Positions 8,932-20,855 of a stretch of DNA of 64,000 bases are shown one piece after another (within the stretch, counting starts at the first letter, position 1; each line of letters opens with the position of its first letter). The translations under genes and the position numbers were made by a program. The DNA comes from Octopus sinensis (taxonomy: Eukaryota), in NCBI RefSeq assembly GCF_006345805.1, contig NC_043003.1, positions 11,656,001 through 11,720,000 of the forward strand, read 5' to 3'. Under the pieces are notes generated by a model. It had not been told where the DNA came from. It ran no database searches and saw only the letters and a list, made by a program, of their open reading frames with translations.

Positions 8932-10434
8932 ATTGGAGTGGCCAGTCTTAGTATGTCACATGGTGGTCATCGACCTGAGGAAATGAAGTCTGACTCTGTA
9001 CACCCTCACATTGCCGGTCACCATCATCATCCTGGTCATCACCATACAGCAGAGGAAGAAGAGTATGTTATTGAAGTGGACAGTGATCTAAGCCCCACAG
9101 GGCCAGATATTATCAGGGAGGTGGATCATGACCACCACAATGTAAAAGTGAAATTGAAACGGAGGCGGCGTTGTGGAATTTGTGGTCCTTGTCAAATCAA
9201 GCAGAACTGCGGCCGTTGTCACTACTGTCTGCGTCGGGATGTCTTAAAGCAGACATGTGTCTACCGCAAGTGTGTCTACTTGAGGAGCAAACCACGGAGC
9301 ATGAGCCCAAAGGAAAATGTTTCTATGTCTGCTCTCAACTTGCAGTCAGGACTTGGCGTTGCCACACCAACGGACCTTAGTATCCGAACCAGCCTAACGC
9401 AAACTACTTCAGGGACGTCTTCGAATGACTTTCAAGGACTCTCGTCTATGTACCACCATCCAGATCTTGATTCGAGAGCCTTCACTGGTAGTTCGCCCTC
9501 AATTCCATTGCATCATGATCCGGTCATCCCATCAAGGATGAACCCGTATATGGGAGGTGCTCACACTGGACCTTACCCAATCAATATGTTTCCTAGCAGC
9601 AGTTTAGCTGCCAACTCAAGTTTACCAAGTCCATTTCAGATGGGTAGCTGTAGTAATAGCCCGTTCCGGTATCCTTGGATGCCCGGTTCATTTGCAAGAC
9701 CATCTGTTGTGTCCAGTCCCACTGATCTTCTCCGGCCATCGCCATCTTGGCCTCCCCCTCCGCCACCAACTCATGGACTTTCCTCCACGCACCAAAGAAT
9801 GGCTTCAGACTTTGGCGCAAACTCATTTCAAAAGGATATGCCATTTATGAAACGGCGCTCGCAACAGGATCTTTTGCAAAATAGACAGAGACTTCCATCT
9901 TGTAGCAGATCGCTGGCTCCAATGTGTGGAAGTTCCCCTAGTGGGTGTGAGACCCCAGCTTGTTTCAACTCGGATGCATTGGTAATGCGTGAAAAATACA
10001 GCTGTTTCCCTGGGCAGGGCTCTCGATCTATAGGCTGCGACAATAGTGGTCACATGACATCAGGGACTTTGAATAGTAGCTACAACCGAGGATGTGCATC
10101 GTCACAGCATGAGTGTGACGTCATCGGCATTGACGATTTGCAGGTGAATGCCTTTATCAGAGCTAGTGGCTATAACGGTTTAGACATAGAGGTAGATATA
10201 TCAAAATTGCCTATTGTACCCAGCAGTGGGAAGAGTAAAGGCAAATCCACTCTTAATGGAATGGTAAGCATTACGCAGGACTTAGGAGACAAGGGTACTG
10301 TGGAATTACAGGTACCAGGGTACAAAGTAACCTTAGAAGATCACATTAATGTCGATGAAATGCTTGCCAAGTACACTCGTAGTTTAAAACCTAGTTACGC
10401 TTTGAAACAACCAAAGATTGAATTAATAGATTAG
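8932..10434 (+). CDS. CXXC-type zinc-finger protein (TET/CXXC4/CXXC5-like finger), major and terminal coding exon
   Basis: 500-codon stop-free, repeat-free, GC-enriched frame after the acceptor ttttttctttgtgtttttcag (AG 8930-8931). Contains KRRRRCGICGPCQIKQNCGRCHYCLRRDVLKQTCVYRKC (CxxCxxC-x5-CxxCxxC-x9-C-x4-C, 9157-9273). TAG at 10432-10434. The TTG start at 8863 in the track is intronic. Confidence 0.92.
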   Translation: MGVASLSMSHGGHRPEEMKSDSVHPHIAGHHHHPGHHHTAEEEEYVIEVDSDLSPTGPDIIREVDHDHHNVKVKLKRRRRCGICGPCQIKQNCGRCHYCLRRDVLKQTCVYRKCVYLRSKPRSMSPKENVSMSALNLQSGLGVATPTDLSIRTSLTQTTSGTSSNDFQGLSSMYHHPDLDSRAFTGSSPSIPLHHDPVIPSRMNPYMGGAHTGPYPINMFPSSSLAANSSLPSPFQMGSCSNSPFRYPWMPGSFARPSVVSSPTDLLRPSPSWPPPPPPTHGLSSTHQRMASDFGANSFQKDMPFMKRRSQQDLLQNRQRLPSCSRSLAPMCGSSPSGCETPACFNSDALVMREKYSCFPGQGSRSIGCDNSGHMTSGTLNSSYNRGCASSQHECDVIGIDDLQVNAFIRASGYNGLDIEVDISKLPIVPSSGKSKGKSTLNGMVSITQDLGDKGTVELQVPGYKVTLEDHINVDEMLAKYTRSLKPSYALKQPKIELID

Positions 10435-10831
10435 GGAACTAATTGTTTTATTTCTCTCATCTTTTCTTCTTTAATAATTTGGGGACTGTCGAAGTATTAT
10501 GTGTGATTGTTTGCGTAGGATATACATATATTATACTCACTCATGCATGTATCTGTGATTGTTTGTGTACATGTATGTATATGATACATACAGACATGCA
10601 TACATATATACATACAGACAGACAGATTTTAAAGTTTTGCAAAAAATACTTGATGCAATCACAATACTTAAAAAAAAGGTTTTCTTAAAAATTATCAACT
10701 TTTTAAAAAATTCTTTTAGTTAGACAGAATGACATGGATCTTATACAAAGAAGTTTTGGGTCTTTCCAAGAGGTTTATGTCATTCGGTTTTTCAAATAAA
10801 TTTTCTAAACATAACTTTTAAGAAAACCTTA

Positions 10832-10862
<31 letters not shown>

Positions 10863-12019
10863 TTACTTGGGTGTTTGTGTATATATATGTGAGTATTAGC
10901 TTAAAGTAGATTTTTTTTTAAAAACCGTTAACTGCTATGACTAATTAAGCAATGCAATTAATCCTAATAGAAATTCTTGGTTAAGAATTTTAAGGGTCAA
11001 AGATATGTTTGAAGCCAAAATTGTATATATAGATATTTACATGTATATCATAGATGTATGTGTATCATTTTATACAGACAAATACATACACACACAAACC
11101 ATGGTCTGGTTAAATGCGACCACATGGCCTGTGGTTGCAGTATTCAAACCAGGTGTTTGTCTCGTCTGATGACGACCCATCTGTTGTGGGTCCTTCCTCT
11201 CATTCCTTTCGTTTACTAGTCTCTAAGGCCATGCAAAAGATCAATGAGGGCTGTTCCTCCCTTGCTTTAACTTGCAGTTCCCAAAGGTTTTGACTTTGTG
11301 GGCACATTGGAGATGAAGTGAAAAAAAATTTACCGGTGCATTTCACAAAGAAAGCTTTTGAAAAAATTTAAAAAACCCTTAGAATATTTTAACATTTTAA
11401 AAGCTAGATGAAAATATCGAAAGCTATCGCCAAAAAATGTTTTATTAATTTACTTGTATATAACAAAATTATGAATTTACACATTTACACATTTTTTAAA
11501 ATGCTTAAATATTAGTATCAATTTTCTAAAGCCTTAATTATATTTTTTAAAGTTCGTGGCACAACTTAGTACCCTTTGTGACGCACAGTTTAAGAATCTT
11601 TGGAATAACCAATTAAACTTAGCCCATGCAGGCTACTGTATAAATTTATTATTCACAATAATATGTATATAGTAATCTGCATGTGTGTGTATATATATAT
11701 AGCATTACTGTATACAGTTTAGTTTCTGAAAATGTGCCAGAAAGCAATAAATGCTAAATTTAATATGAAAATGATATTAAAATGTGTGTGGGTATGGACA
11801 AGGGAAAGAGGGGTTTGTACACACACACACATGTACCCAAATATTGTAGGTGTCTTTGATTGTTTTTGGGAATGGTTAGGCTGAGTTTTAGTCTAAAAGA
11901 TGGTTGGACAAGCGTCTCTCTTTAATAAAAAGAATATTTTTTTACAAAGGAAAGGAGTTAGATATAGTTGCAGTGATATTTCTAGCAGCAGTAATTAATT
12001 TCTTTGATTTAAAACATTA

Positions 12020-12050
<31 letters not shown>

Positions 12051-12950
12051 ATGTTGTATATATATAGTATAATATTATAATATGTTATATATAATATAAT
12101 ATAAATGTTTTTGTCTGTCAGCAAATTGTGGGTTGGGCTAGAAAGTTACCTGGTAATGCTTAATGTTTTGAGGAGGGGAAGGAAAAGAATTCCCTTTTAT
12201 TATTGTTTAATGTCTTGGTCCTCCCCCACCTTTACCTAAATGCTTTGTTTTTTTATCCTTTCATAAATGTGATTTTAAAATTCTACTAAGGTAACCTCCT
12301 TCTTATAATATGACTAACATACCATGTTTGAAAAGACAATTTTTTTTTTTTGATAATCCCCATTTTGCTAAATATTTTTTTTCATTTTTTATTTTCTTTT
12401 TCATTTTTGTTGTTGTTGTTGTCCCAATTTTATTTTCTTTGAAATTTATCTTCATTACAGTTATGATACGTTTTTTTTTTTTTTATATACATATATACTT
12501 TCCAATTGATACGTCTATAAAATCTGTGTGCGTGCACCTGTGCATGTATGCGTGCGTGTATGTTGAAAATTCTCAAGATATACCTTATTTTACATTTTAC
12601 TAAAGAGAAACTAATTGAGTTTCCTTGCTTTAAAAGTTCAAAAAAAAAAAGAAGAAAAAAGAAAGCAATCAACGCAACAAAAGGTCACATTTGTGGTTAG
12701 CTTTTATATCTAAGTAGATGCATGTATACATATTATATACGTCTGTGTATGTAAAGCAGTGAAGTTAACGCACGTATAGAAGGTGCAACTTGGCACTCAA
12801 TATTTTGCAGTATTTAGCTGGATTCTAATTTTTGCAGAGCCGACTTCATTCGCCACCCCTTACACAATATACAGGAAATGTGATTATCGTTCTTCCCACC
12901 ATTTATAAGCCAAATATATCCCAGTGTTCAAGAAAAACATACAATTCTCT
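10435..12950 (+). other. Putative long 3' UTR of the CXXC gene
   Basis: U/A-rich, with no SINE or MITE insertion from about 8640 to about 13000. AATAAA at 10795, 11746 and 11924. The true end is unknown. Confidence 0.5.
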
Positions 12951-13049
12951 ATATGCACTCCGAGTTACAGTTATTTAGATTTTTTTTCTTTTTATGTCCA
13001 CTTATATATATTATTATATATTAGTATTATTATTGTTTCAACAAGTCTG

Positions 13050-13990
13050 AATTTCTGTGAGTTTATCTGTGTGTGTGTGAGAGAGTCTGTTTATCTGCGA
13101 GTTTGTATTTCTGTGAGTCTGTCTGTCTTTCTGTGAGTCTGCCTGTATCTTCGTGAGTCTGTATTTCTGCGAGTCTATCTGTATATGTGTGTGTGTCTGT
13201 CTGTTTTTCTGCGAGTTTGTATTTCTGTGAGTCTGCCTGTATCTCCGTGAGTGTATATTTCTGTGAGTCTATCTGTATATGTGTGTGTGTCTGTCTGTCT
13301 TTCTGTGAGTCTGCCTGTATCTCTGTGAGTGTATATTTCTGCGAGTCTATCTGTACATGTGTGTGTGTGTCTGTTTTTCTGCGAGTTTGTATTTCTGTGA
13401 GTCTGTCTGACTTTCTGTGAGTCTGCCTGTATCTCCGTGAGCCTGTATTTCTGCGAGTCTATCTGTATATGTGTGTGTCTGTCTGTTTTTCTGTGAGTTT
13501 GTATTTCTGTGAGTCTGCCTGTATCTCCGTGGGTCTGTATTTCTGCGAGTCTATCTGTATGTGTGTGTGTCTATCTGTATGTGTGTGTGTCTGTCTGTTT
13601 TTCTGTGAGTCTGTGTGTTTCTCTGTGAGTCTGTATTTCTGCGAGTCTATCTGTATATGTGTGTGTGTGTCTGTCTGTTTTTCTGCGAGTTTGTATTTCT
13701 GTGAGTCTGTCTGTCATTCTGTGAGTCTATCTGTATCTCCGTGAGTCTGTATTTCTGCGAACTCTGTATCTGTATATGTGTGCGTGTGTGTCTGTTTTTC
13801 TGCGAGTTTGTATTTCTGTGAGTCTGTATTTCTGCGAGTCTATCTGTATATGTGTGTGTGTGTCTGTCTGTCTGTCTTTCTGTGAGTCTGTCTGTATCTC
13901 CATGAGTCTGTATTTCTGCGAGTCTGTTTGTATGTGTGTGTGTCTGTATTTCTGTGAATCTGTCGGTATTTTTCTGAGTCTCTCTCAATG
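13050..13990. repeat. Complex TCTG(T/C)GAG/(GT)n satellite with higher-order units
   Basis: gagtctgcctgtatct recurs at about 13136, 13230, 13308, 13419 and 13511; units are built from 16-20-nt sub-repeats. Confidence 0.9.
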
Positions 13991-14657
13991 TTTGTAGAAG
14001 TATGTGTGTTTCCATATTGTTGTTGCTGTTGAGCTCACTTTATTTATTTTGCATCGCATTCTGTGAACAATTCATTGATTGCATGATTCTGTCAGGAAAA
14101 TCACTGATCCACTGCATTCACTACGACAGACACGACAAAGGAGCATCTGTGCAACTCGGGTGGAACAAATACTAACGAGATATTTCTCTTCGAAGGCACT
14201 GAATTATCAATTTTCATACCGGTGTTTACATCTTTCACTGATATTCATTGCCGCCGAAAAAAAAAGGGGGTAGGTCTATGTAGTTTCCACTCTCTAAATT
14301 CTACTTCCAAAGCGTTGGTCAATCCAAGGCACTTACTCAAGGTGCCATACAAATGAACTCAGTCTGTGAAGTGGACTTGTTAATTACAAAACTAAGCTTG
14401 TTTGCACACTGGCTGAGTATACCTTATGGGTCAGTGGTTCAGTAGTTGTAGTGTCACCACCCTGGTGGCAATACTATTGTGTTTGTGATCATGTTATAGT
14501 TTGCACTGTTGTTGTTGTTGTTGTTACTCTTCCCCCTTCATGCTTCAGTGGATACTTGACATTCAGGTACATCTTTGATTTAACTGGCTCATTTCCTTGA
14601 CATTTCTGTGTATTTTTTGTTGTCCTGTATTACAGGACAAACTGAAGATTTAGAATT

Positions 14658-14875
14658 TTAACCCTTTCGTTACCAAACCAGCTCTGGCTCTGAGTACAAA
14701 TGTCTTGTTTTCATAAGTTTTGAATTGAAATCTTCCACCAAACCATAATCACAATTTATGTTCCTAACACTAGCTTAATGATAACTAAGTTATTTTACTA
14801 AATTCTTTGTTATGTTTAAAGTAATTAAAAGAAACACAGAGCATCTGAACAGAAATACAGTAACAAAAGAGTTAA
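14658..14875. mobile_element. piggyBac-type MITE (same family as 1850-2375)
   Basis: TTAA-CCCTTTCGTTAC ... GTAACAAAAGAG-TTAA, interior similar to 1854-2072. Confidence 0.8.
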
Positions 14876-15308
14876 AAATGGGAGAAAAAATTGTAAAGAA
14901 AGAAACAAGGAGAGCTATTTTGAAGGTGACACTGAAGGTCTGCTGGGTTAGATTTAAATGCGAAATTAGACAGGCCAAGTCTTTATCACTTAATAAATAC
15001 ACTCTCATTAATTCATATGTTGGTTGTAGAGTCTTCAGATGGTTCTTCGTTAACCATTTCCTTCTGACAATATCCTGTGAAATGGCTTTAACCAGTGTAA
15101 ATATATTTGCGGATTGTAAAGTGTGTGTGTGTGTGTGTGTTTTATACTCTTACAGTGCTGATAGTGGCTTTGAAGTTTTGGCCTGCTAGCTTTTGTAAGA
15201 CTCTGGCAAAGAGTAACAGGCTGAAACTTCGAAGTCACTGTTATCCGTCTTATTATAAAAGTTTTTAAAAATATGTACTCTTTGAAAGGTATTGAGTACT
15301 TCTTCTGT

Positions 15309-15542
15309 TTAAGCCTTTAGCATTCAGATTATTTTGTTGAATGCAAAGCTTTTTTATGCTTATTCATTTGATTCGAATTAATCTTTCATTATTTCGTGGC
15401 TTTGAGATTTCAATGATGTGACTGCTTATTTCCAGAATAATATTGTAGGGTAGGTGTGAAAGGCTGGATACAGCCAGCTTGAACCTGAAACACGTAGAAT
15501 GTTAGGGCCGTATATGGCCGGTTTAAATGCTGAAGGGGTAAA
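15309..15542. mobile_element. piggyBac-type MITE, second family, copy 1
   Basis: TTAA-GCCTTTAGCATTCAGATT ... TTTAAATGCTGAAGGGGTAA. Confidence 0.7.
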
Positions 15543-15552
15543 TGTTAAATTG

Positions 15553-15690
15553 ATTTACTCTTTTACTTGTTTCAGTCATTTGACTGCGGCCATGCTGGAG
15601 CACCGCCTTTAGTCAAGCAAATCGACCCCGGGACTTATTCTTTGTAAGCCCAGTACTTATTCTATCGGTCTGTTTTGCCGAACCGCTAAG
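15553..15690 (-). mobile_element. SINE family B, 3' fragment
   Basis: ttactcttttacttgtttcagtcatttgactgcggccatgctggagcaccgcc, as in 8202-8635. Confidence 0.8.
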
Positions 15691-15852
15691 TGATTTAATG
15701 ATAATTCAACCGGAAAACAAACATATGTGTACGTGTTTGTTTGGATGCATTTATATGTGTGTGTGTATTACATATATAGTGTGGTGTGATGGTTTTAGAC
15801 AAAAGTGACAAGGCTTGTGTCTCATTGGACTGCATACGTATGAAATGCAAGT

Positions 15853-16077
15853 TTAACTCTTTGGCATTCAGATTTCTTTGTCAAATGTAATGCTTATTTA
15901 TTCATTGTTTTGAATTAATCATGCATTGTCTTGTAGAATTAAGACTCCAATGGTGCGTTTGTATATTTTAGAATGACATTGTAGGGTAGGTGCGAGAGAT
16001 TGGATCTGGTCATTTTTGACTTAAAATAGATAAAATATTTGGGCCAGATATGACCGGATTAAATGTGAAAGGCTTAA
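15853..16077. mobile_element. piggyBac-type MITE, second family, copy 2
   Basis: TTAA-CTCTTTGGCATTCAGATT ... AAATGTGAAAGGC-TTAA. Confidence 0.7.
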
Positions 16078-16334
16078 AATTGCTTATCAGTTATTTCATT
16101 GTGTTCCCAGTCAGGCATCTCTTCAATAAACATCAGATTATTTACAAGAATCTTTCCTTCTAACCTATTCTTAACCTTTTGCTTATCGAGACCATTTTCA
16201 TAAGTCTATCTTAAAGGTCTATGCTCGTTTCCAGAGTTTTAATTAGCCCTTGTTTCATAAGTTCTGAGAAATGTAATACTTTCCTGTCATAAATCCCAGG
16301 TTAATCTGGTAGTTGAAAAAAAACCCAGAGAATC

Positions 16335-16730
16335 ATCATCACCATATTCATCCTCATTATCGTTTAACGCCCGTTTTCCAAGCTGGCATGGGTTGGATGG
16401 TTTGACTGGGGATTGGCAAAGCTGGAGGTTGCACCAGGCTCCAATCTGATCTGGCAATGTTTCTACAGCTGGATGCTATTCCTAACGCCAACTACTCCAA
16501 GGGTGTAGTGGGTGCTTTTTACATGCCAGCAGTCAGGTGGCACTGACATCAGCTACGTTTGGATGGTACCGGCACAGGAGCCAGTCACGGCAGGGGAGGA
16601 TGGCATCAACCACATTCGGATGGTGCTTTTTACATGCCACCAGCACGGGGAGCCAGTCAGGTGGCACTGGCAACGACCCACGTATGAATGGTGCTTATTG
16701 CATGCCACCGGCACGGGAGCCAGTCAGTGA
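16335..16730 (-). mobile_element. RTE-tail SINE-like family C
   Basis: cgtttaacgcccg tail, ggatgctattcctaacgccaac, internal tgccaccggcac repeats. Confidence 0.75.
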
Positions 16731-16941
16731 ATTATTGTATACAATCAGTCAATGTATTGTATATAATGCATGGACGCTACAGAAATATATTTCCTGTGTA
16801 TCACATGTTATACAGGACAGGCAAAGGCTTATATAAATAGAGTATTTCATACAGAAGAAAGAACCTCATATTTGATATAATTTAGCATGGCCAGTGTGTA
16901 TAAACCTTGCGTCTTAAATTCTACTAAAGTGAACTTCACTT

Positions 16942-17160
16942 TTAACCCTTTTGGTATTCAGATTACTCAGTCAAATTTATTTACATTGTTTTGAATTAAT
17001 CATACATTATCTTGTAGCTTTGAGATTTCAATGATGTGATTGTTTATTTTTCACTATGACATTGTAGAGTAGGTGTGAAATGTTGGATCTGGTCAGTTTG
17101 AACATAAAAGGAGGCAGAATATTTTAGCCAAACATGATTGGTTTGAATGCTAAGGGATCA
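16942..17160. mobile_element. piggyBac-type MITE, second family, copy 3
   Basis: TTAA-CCCTTTTGGTATTCAGATT ... TTTGAATGCTAAGGG. Confidence 0.7.
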
Positions 17161-17504
17161 GTAAAATCCCACTTCCATGGGAGAATTGATTCTAAAGGCT
17201 GTTGCCTCGATATATCACGTAGCTGTTGGATATATCACATAGCTTGTGGATTCTAAAGAAGTTTGCAGGAAATTAAACTGTAACAAAGTGGAAACTTCTC
17301 TCCATGTTCTGCCAACTTGGTCTGACCTCCGTATTAAAGTGAGAATATAATCCATTTCTTACGTGAACCTGTAGAAAAAAAATATAGATCTTCTGTTTGT
17401 GTACTGATGTGCATAAGCATGCACACGCACATATGCAATATTGTATTTTTGTGAAGTTTGATTAGATTTCATATTAGGTGAAGGAATAGAATTGCAGAAT
17501 AATC

Positions 17505-18245
17505 TCTTATCTTTTACTTGTTTCAGTCATTTTGATTGTGGCCATGCTGGGGCACCATCTCGAAGGGAGATTTTAGTTGAAGAAGTCAACCCTAGGACTT
17601 GTGTTTTTTTTGAAACCTGGTACATTTTCTGTCGGTCTCCTTTGCTAAGTTACAGGGATGTAAACACATGGTGGGAGACACACACACATCAGGCTTCTAT
17701 AACTTTCCATCTACCAAACCCAGTCACAAGGCTTTGGTCAGCCCAAGGCTATAGTAGAAGACACTTGCCCAAGGTGCCACGCAGTGGGACTGAACCTGGA
17801 ACCACATGGTTGGGAAGCAAGCTTAAGGAAGCATTAAGTAGGACCAGTTGTTGACTACTTTCTTTTCCTCTAATTCACCAGTCCAACATCTTTGTCTTTT
17901 AAATGGACTGTGACCATGCTGGAGCACCACCTTGAAGGGTTTTGATCCAACAGATCAACCCCAGTACTAATTTTTGTGTCCTATAACCATTTTTTGCTGA
18001 ACCACTTAGTTATAGGGATGTAAACAAACCAACACTAGTAGTCAAGCAGCAACGGTGGTAGTGGTGAGTTACATACATGCATCATATATATATAATGAGC
18101 TTCCATACAGTTTCCATCTTCACTCACATGTTATTGGTGAGTCTGGGGCTATAATAGAAGACACTTGCTCAAGGTGCTGTGCCGTGGGACTGAACCCAAA
18201 GCCATGTGGATGCAAAGTAAGCTTTTTAGCCTCACAGCCATGCTG
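17505..18245 (-). mobile_element. Two consecutive SINE family B copies
   Basis: Copies at about 17505-17822 and 17895-18245, each with ggctatagtagaagacacttgcccaagg...gggactgaacc. Confidence 0.75.
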
Positions 18246-19019
18246 GCACCAATATAAAAAGTATAAAGTGTGCAGTTAATTAATTATCAATTAGTTATTA
18301 CAATTATCTTTTTTTTGAAAAAAAAACCTAGACAAAAAAAAAATATCCTCATTATTTATTTATTTTGTTTGTTTATTTTTCTTAGCTCAAGGCCAATTAA
18401 CTTAATAAATCAATTCACCTCAGAATAATTATAATGGTACCATGTTGAGTTACTGAAGCACGCCTCTTTGTGGTCACTTATTCTGCTAGACATAGCAGCC
18501 AAATTTCTTTCAAATCACTTCTTACATTGAACAATTTGATAAATCATGAGGACACTTTGCCTGGAGAAAAAAAAAAAAACTGGATGGTCATACTTGGAAT
18601 CATTTTGGTGATTATAGGTTTGTTTAATCAGCACTTACAGTAATTGGTATGTTGTTTTTTTTTGTTTGTTTTTTTAATTAATTAATACTAGAGAAATGAG
18701 AAGCTTAGCTCCCATTACTAGAGCTTGATTCCAGAAATATGGTTACTGTACTAGGTACTATAAAACTATGTTTTCTTCAGATAGGCAAAGGTTTAGGCTT
18801 AAACTTCCCTACTTCTTTTAAGAATTTCAATTGGCCCTTGTTTCATATATTATGTGTAACAGACAACTTTCCTTTCATAGGTCCTAAATTACTTTGGTGG
18901 TTGAAAAGAAATTGAGAGGTTTATCACATATGATGCATGGATGTCAGAGAAATGTGTTCTGTGTATCACATATGAGTTGCTGGGTGGGTTAAGGGTGCTG
19001 AGAATGATCCCAGCTCAGT

Positions 19020-19230
19020 GACACAAACCCTTGAGGGCGGTCAGAAAATTTCTTCCCAGTATCTGGTTACTGCATCTCTTCTTTTACATTTGGATCTCAA
19101 ATCCAGCTTGGAATATCTTCCCGCATCAGTTGAATAAGTACTTGTTGTTGTTGATTATCCCTAGATACGTCCTGGTCCTGCTAAGAGTACCTAAGATCAA
19201 AGGTGTCCCATCTAAAGCCACACTATCTCC
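19020..19230 (-). mobile_element. Highly decayed CR1-group LINE ORF2 C-terminus
   Basis: Minus-strand YLFN...EDI...YWEEI..D.P resembles the LFNxLP...LDxxLxxIPDxP end of CR1-group ORF2. Confidence 0.35.
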
Positions 19231-19664
19231 CCAACCCCCACCAATATCAGAAGCCAACAACATTTTGTTTTTCCTTTTGTAAAGTTTAAAAAAAGGAACA
19301 TTTTTTGCTTTTTTTTTGTTTTAAACATAATAGGGTGAATGTCATGAAATTTGGCTGCTATTTCTAGCTGGTTGTGCGACCATGCAAAGGCTCCTTTCAT
19401 TGCTTCATGTAAGTACCTGTAATGTACTGGTGCTAATTTGATCAATTATATTCTCTCCTCCAACCACATGTTCATGGACTTGCGCTAAACTAAAAAGAAA
19501 AGCTGTTAATATTGGTGGGGGGTGGGGGTAGTTTGACATGGAAAATGCCAGATTAAGATGCCTTACCATATTTAGTCCCACCCCTTTACTATCGGAAATG
19601 AAATTTTTCCTGCATCAGGTTTTTTCTTTTTTTCTTATATTTTAAACATATATACACACATCTA

Positions 19665-19702
19665 CATAATACCATACATACATACATATGTATATATGTA
19701 TG

Positions 19703-19761
<59 letters not shown>

Positions 19762-20611
19762 GTATGTATATATATGTATGTATGTGTATATGTATGTGTA
19801 TATGTATGTATATGTATGTATAATATATATGTATATGTATATAATATATATATATATATGTATATATTATATGTATATATGTATGTATATATATGTAATA
19901 TATATGTATATGTATGTGATATATATGTATATATATATTATGTATGTATATATATGTATATTATGTATATGTATGTATATATATATGTATAGTATGTGTA
20001 TATATGTATATGTATGTGTTATATATGTATATGTATGTTATATATATGTATGTATATTATATATGTATATATATATATGTATGTATATATATATGTATAT
20101 ATATGTATGTATATATATATGTATGTGTATATATATATGTATGTATATATTTATGTATGTATATATATTATGTATGTATATATTGTATGTATATATATGT
20201 ATGTATATATGTATGTATATATATGTATATATATATGTATGTTATATATATGTATGTATATGTATGTGTATATGTATGTATGTATATGTATGTATATGTA
20301 TATGTATATATATATATATGTATATATATATGTATATGTATATATGTATATGTATGTATATGTATATATATGTATATATATATGTATATGTATGTGTATA
20401 TATATGTATATATATATGTATATGTATGTGTATATATATGTATATATATATATGTATATGTATGTATATATATATGTATATGTATGTATATATATATGTA
20501 TATGTATGTGTATATATATGTATATGTATGTATATATATATGTATATGTATGTGTATATATATGTATATGTATGTGTATATATATGTATATGTATGTATA
20601 TATATATGTGT

Positions 20612-20652
<41 letters not shown>

Positions 20653-20677
20653 TATGTATGTATATATTTATGTATGT

Positions 20678-20731
<54 letters not shown>

Positions 20732-20765
20732 GTATATATATGTATGTATATATATATATGTATGT

Positions 20766-20855
<90 letters not shown>

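Noticed and set aside
9171-10053. Overlapping short ORFs on both strands within the CXXC exon
   Set aside because: Expected shadow ORFs of a GC-richer coding region; no independent features.
11160-11200. CTGATGA followed by a GACCC/GGGTC hairpin (hammerhead or SECIS candidate)
   Set aside because: No GAAA after the stem and no apical AA or second GA of a SECIS; the ORF has no in-frame TGA.
13469-14015. Cys-rich repetitive ORFs (CESACISV...)
   Set aside because: Translation of the satellite; no splice or start context.
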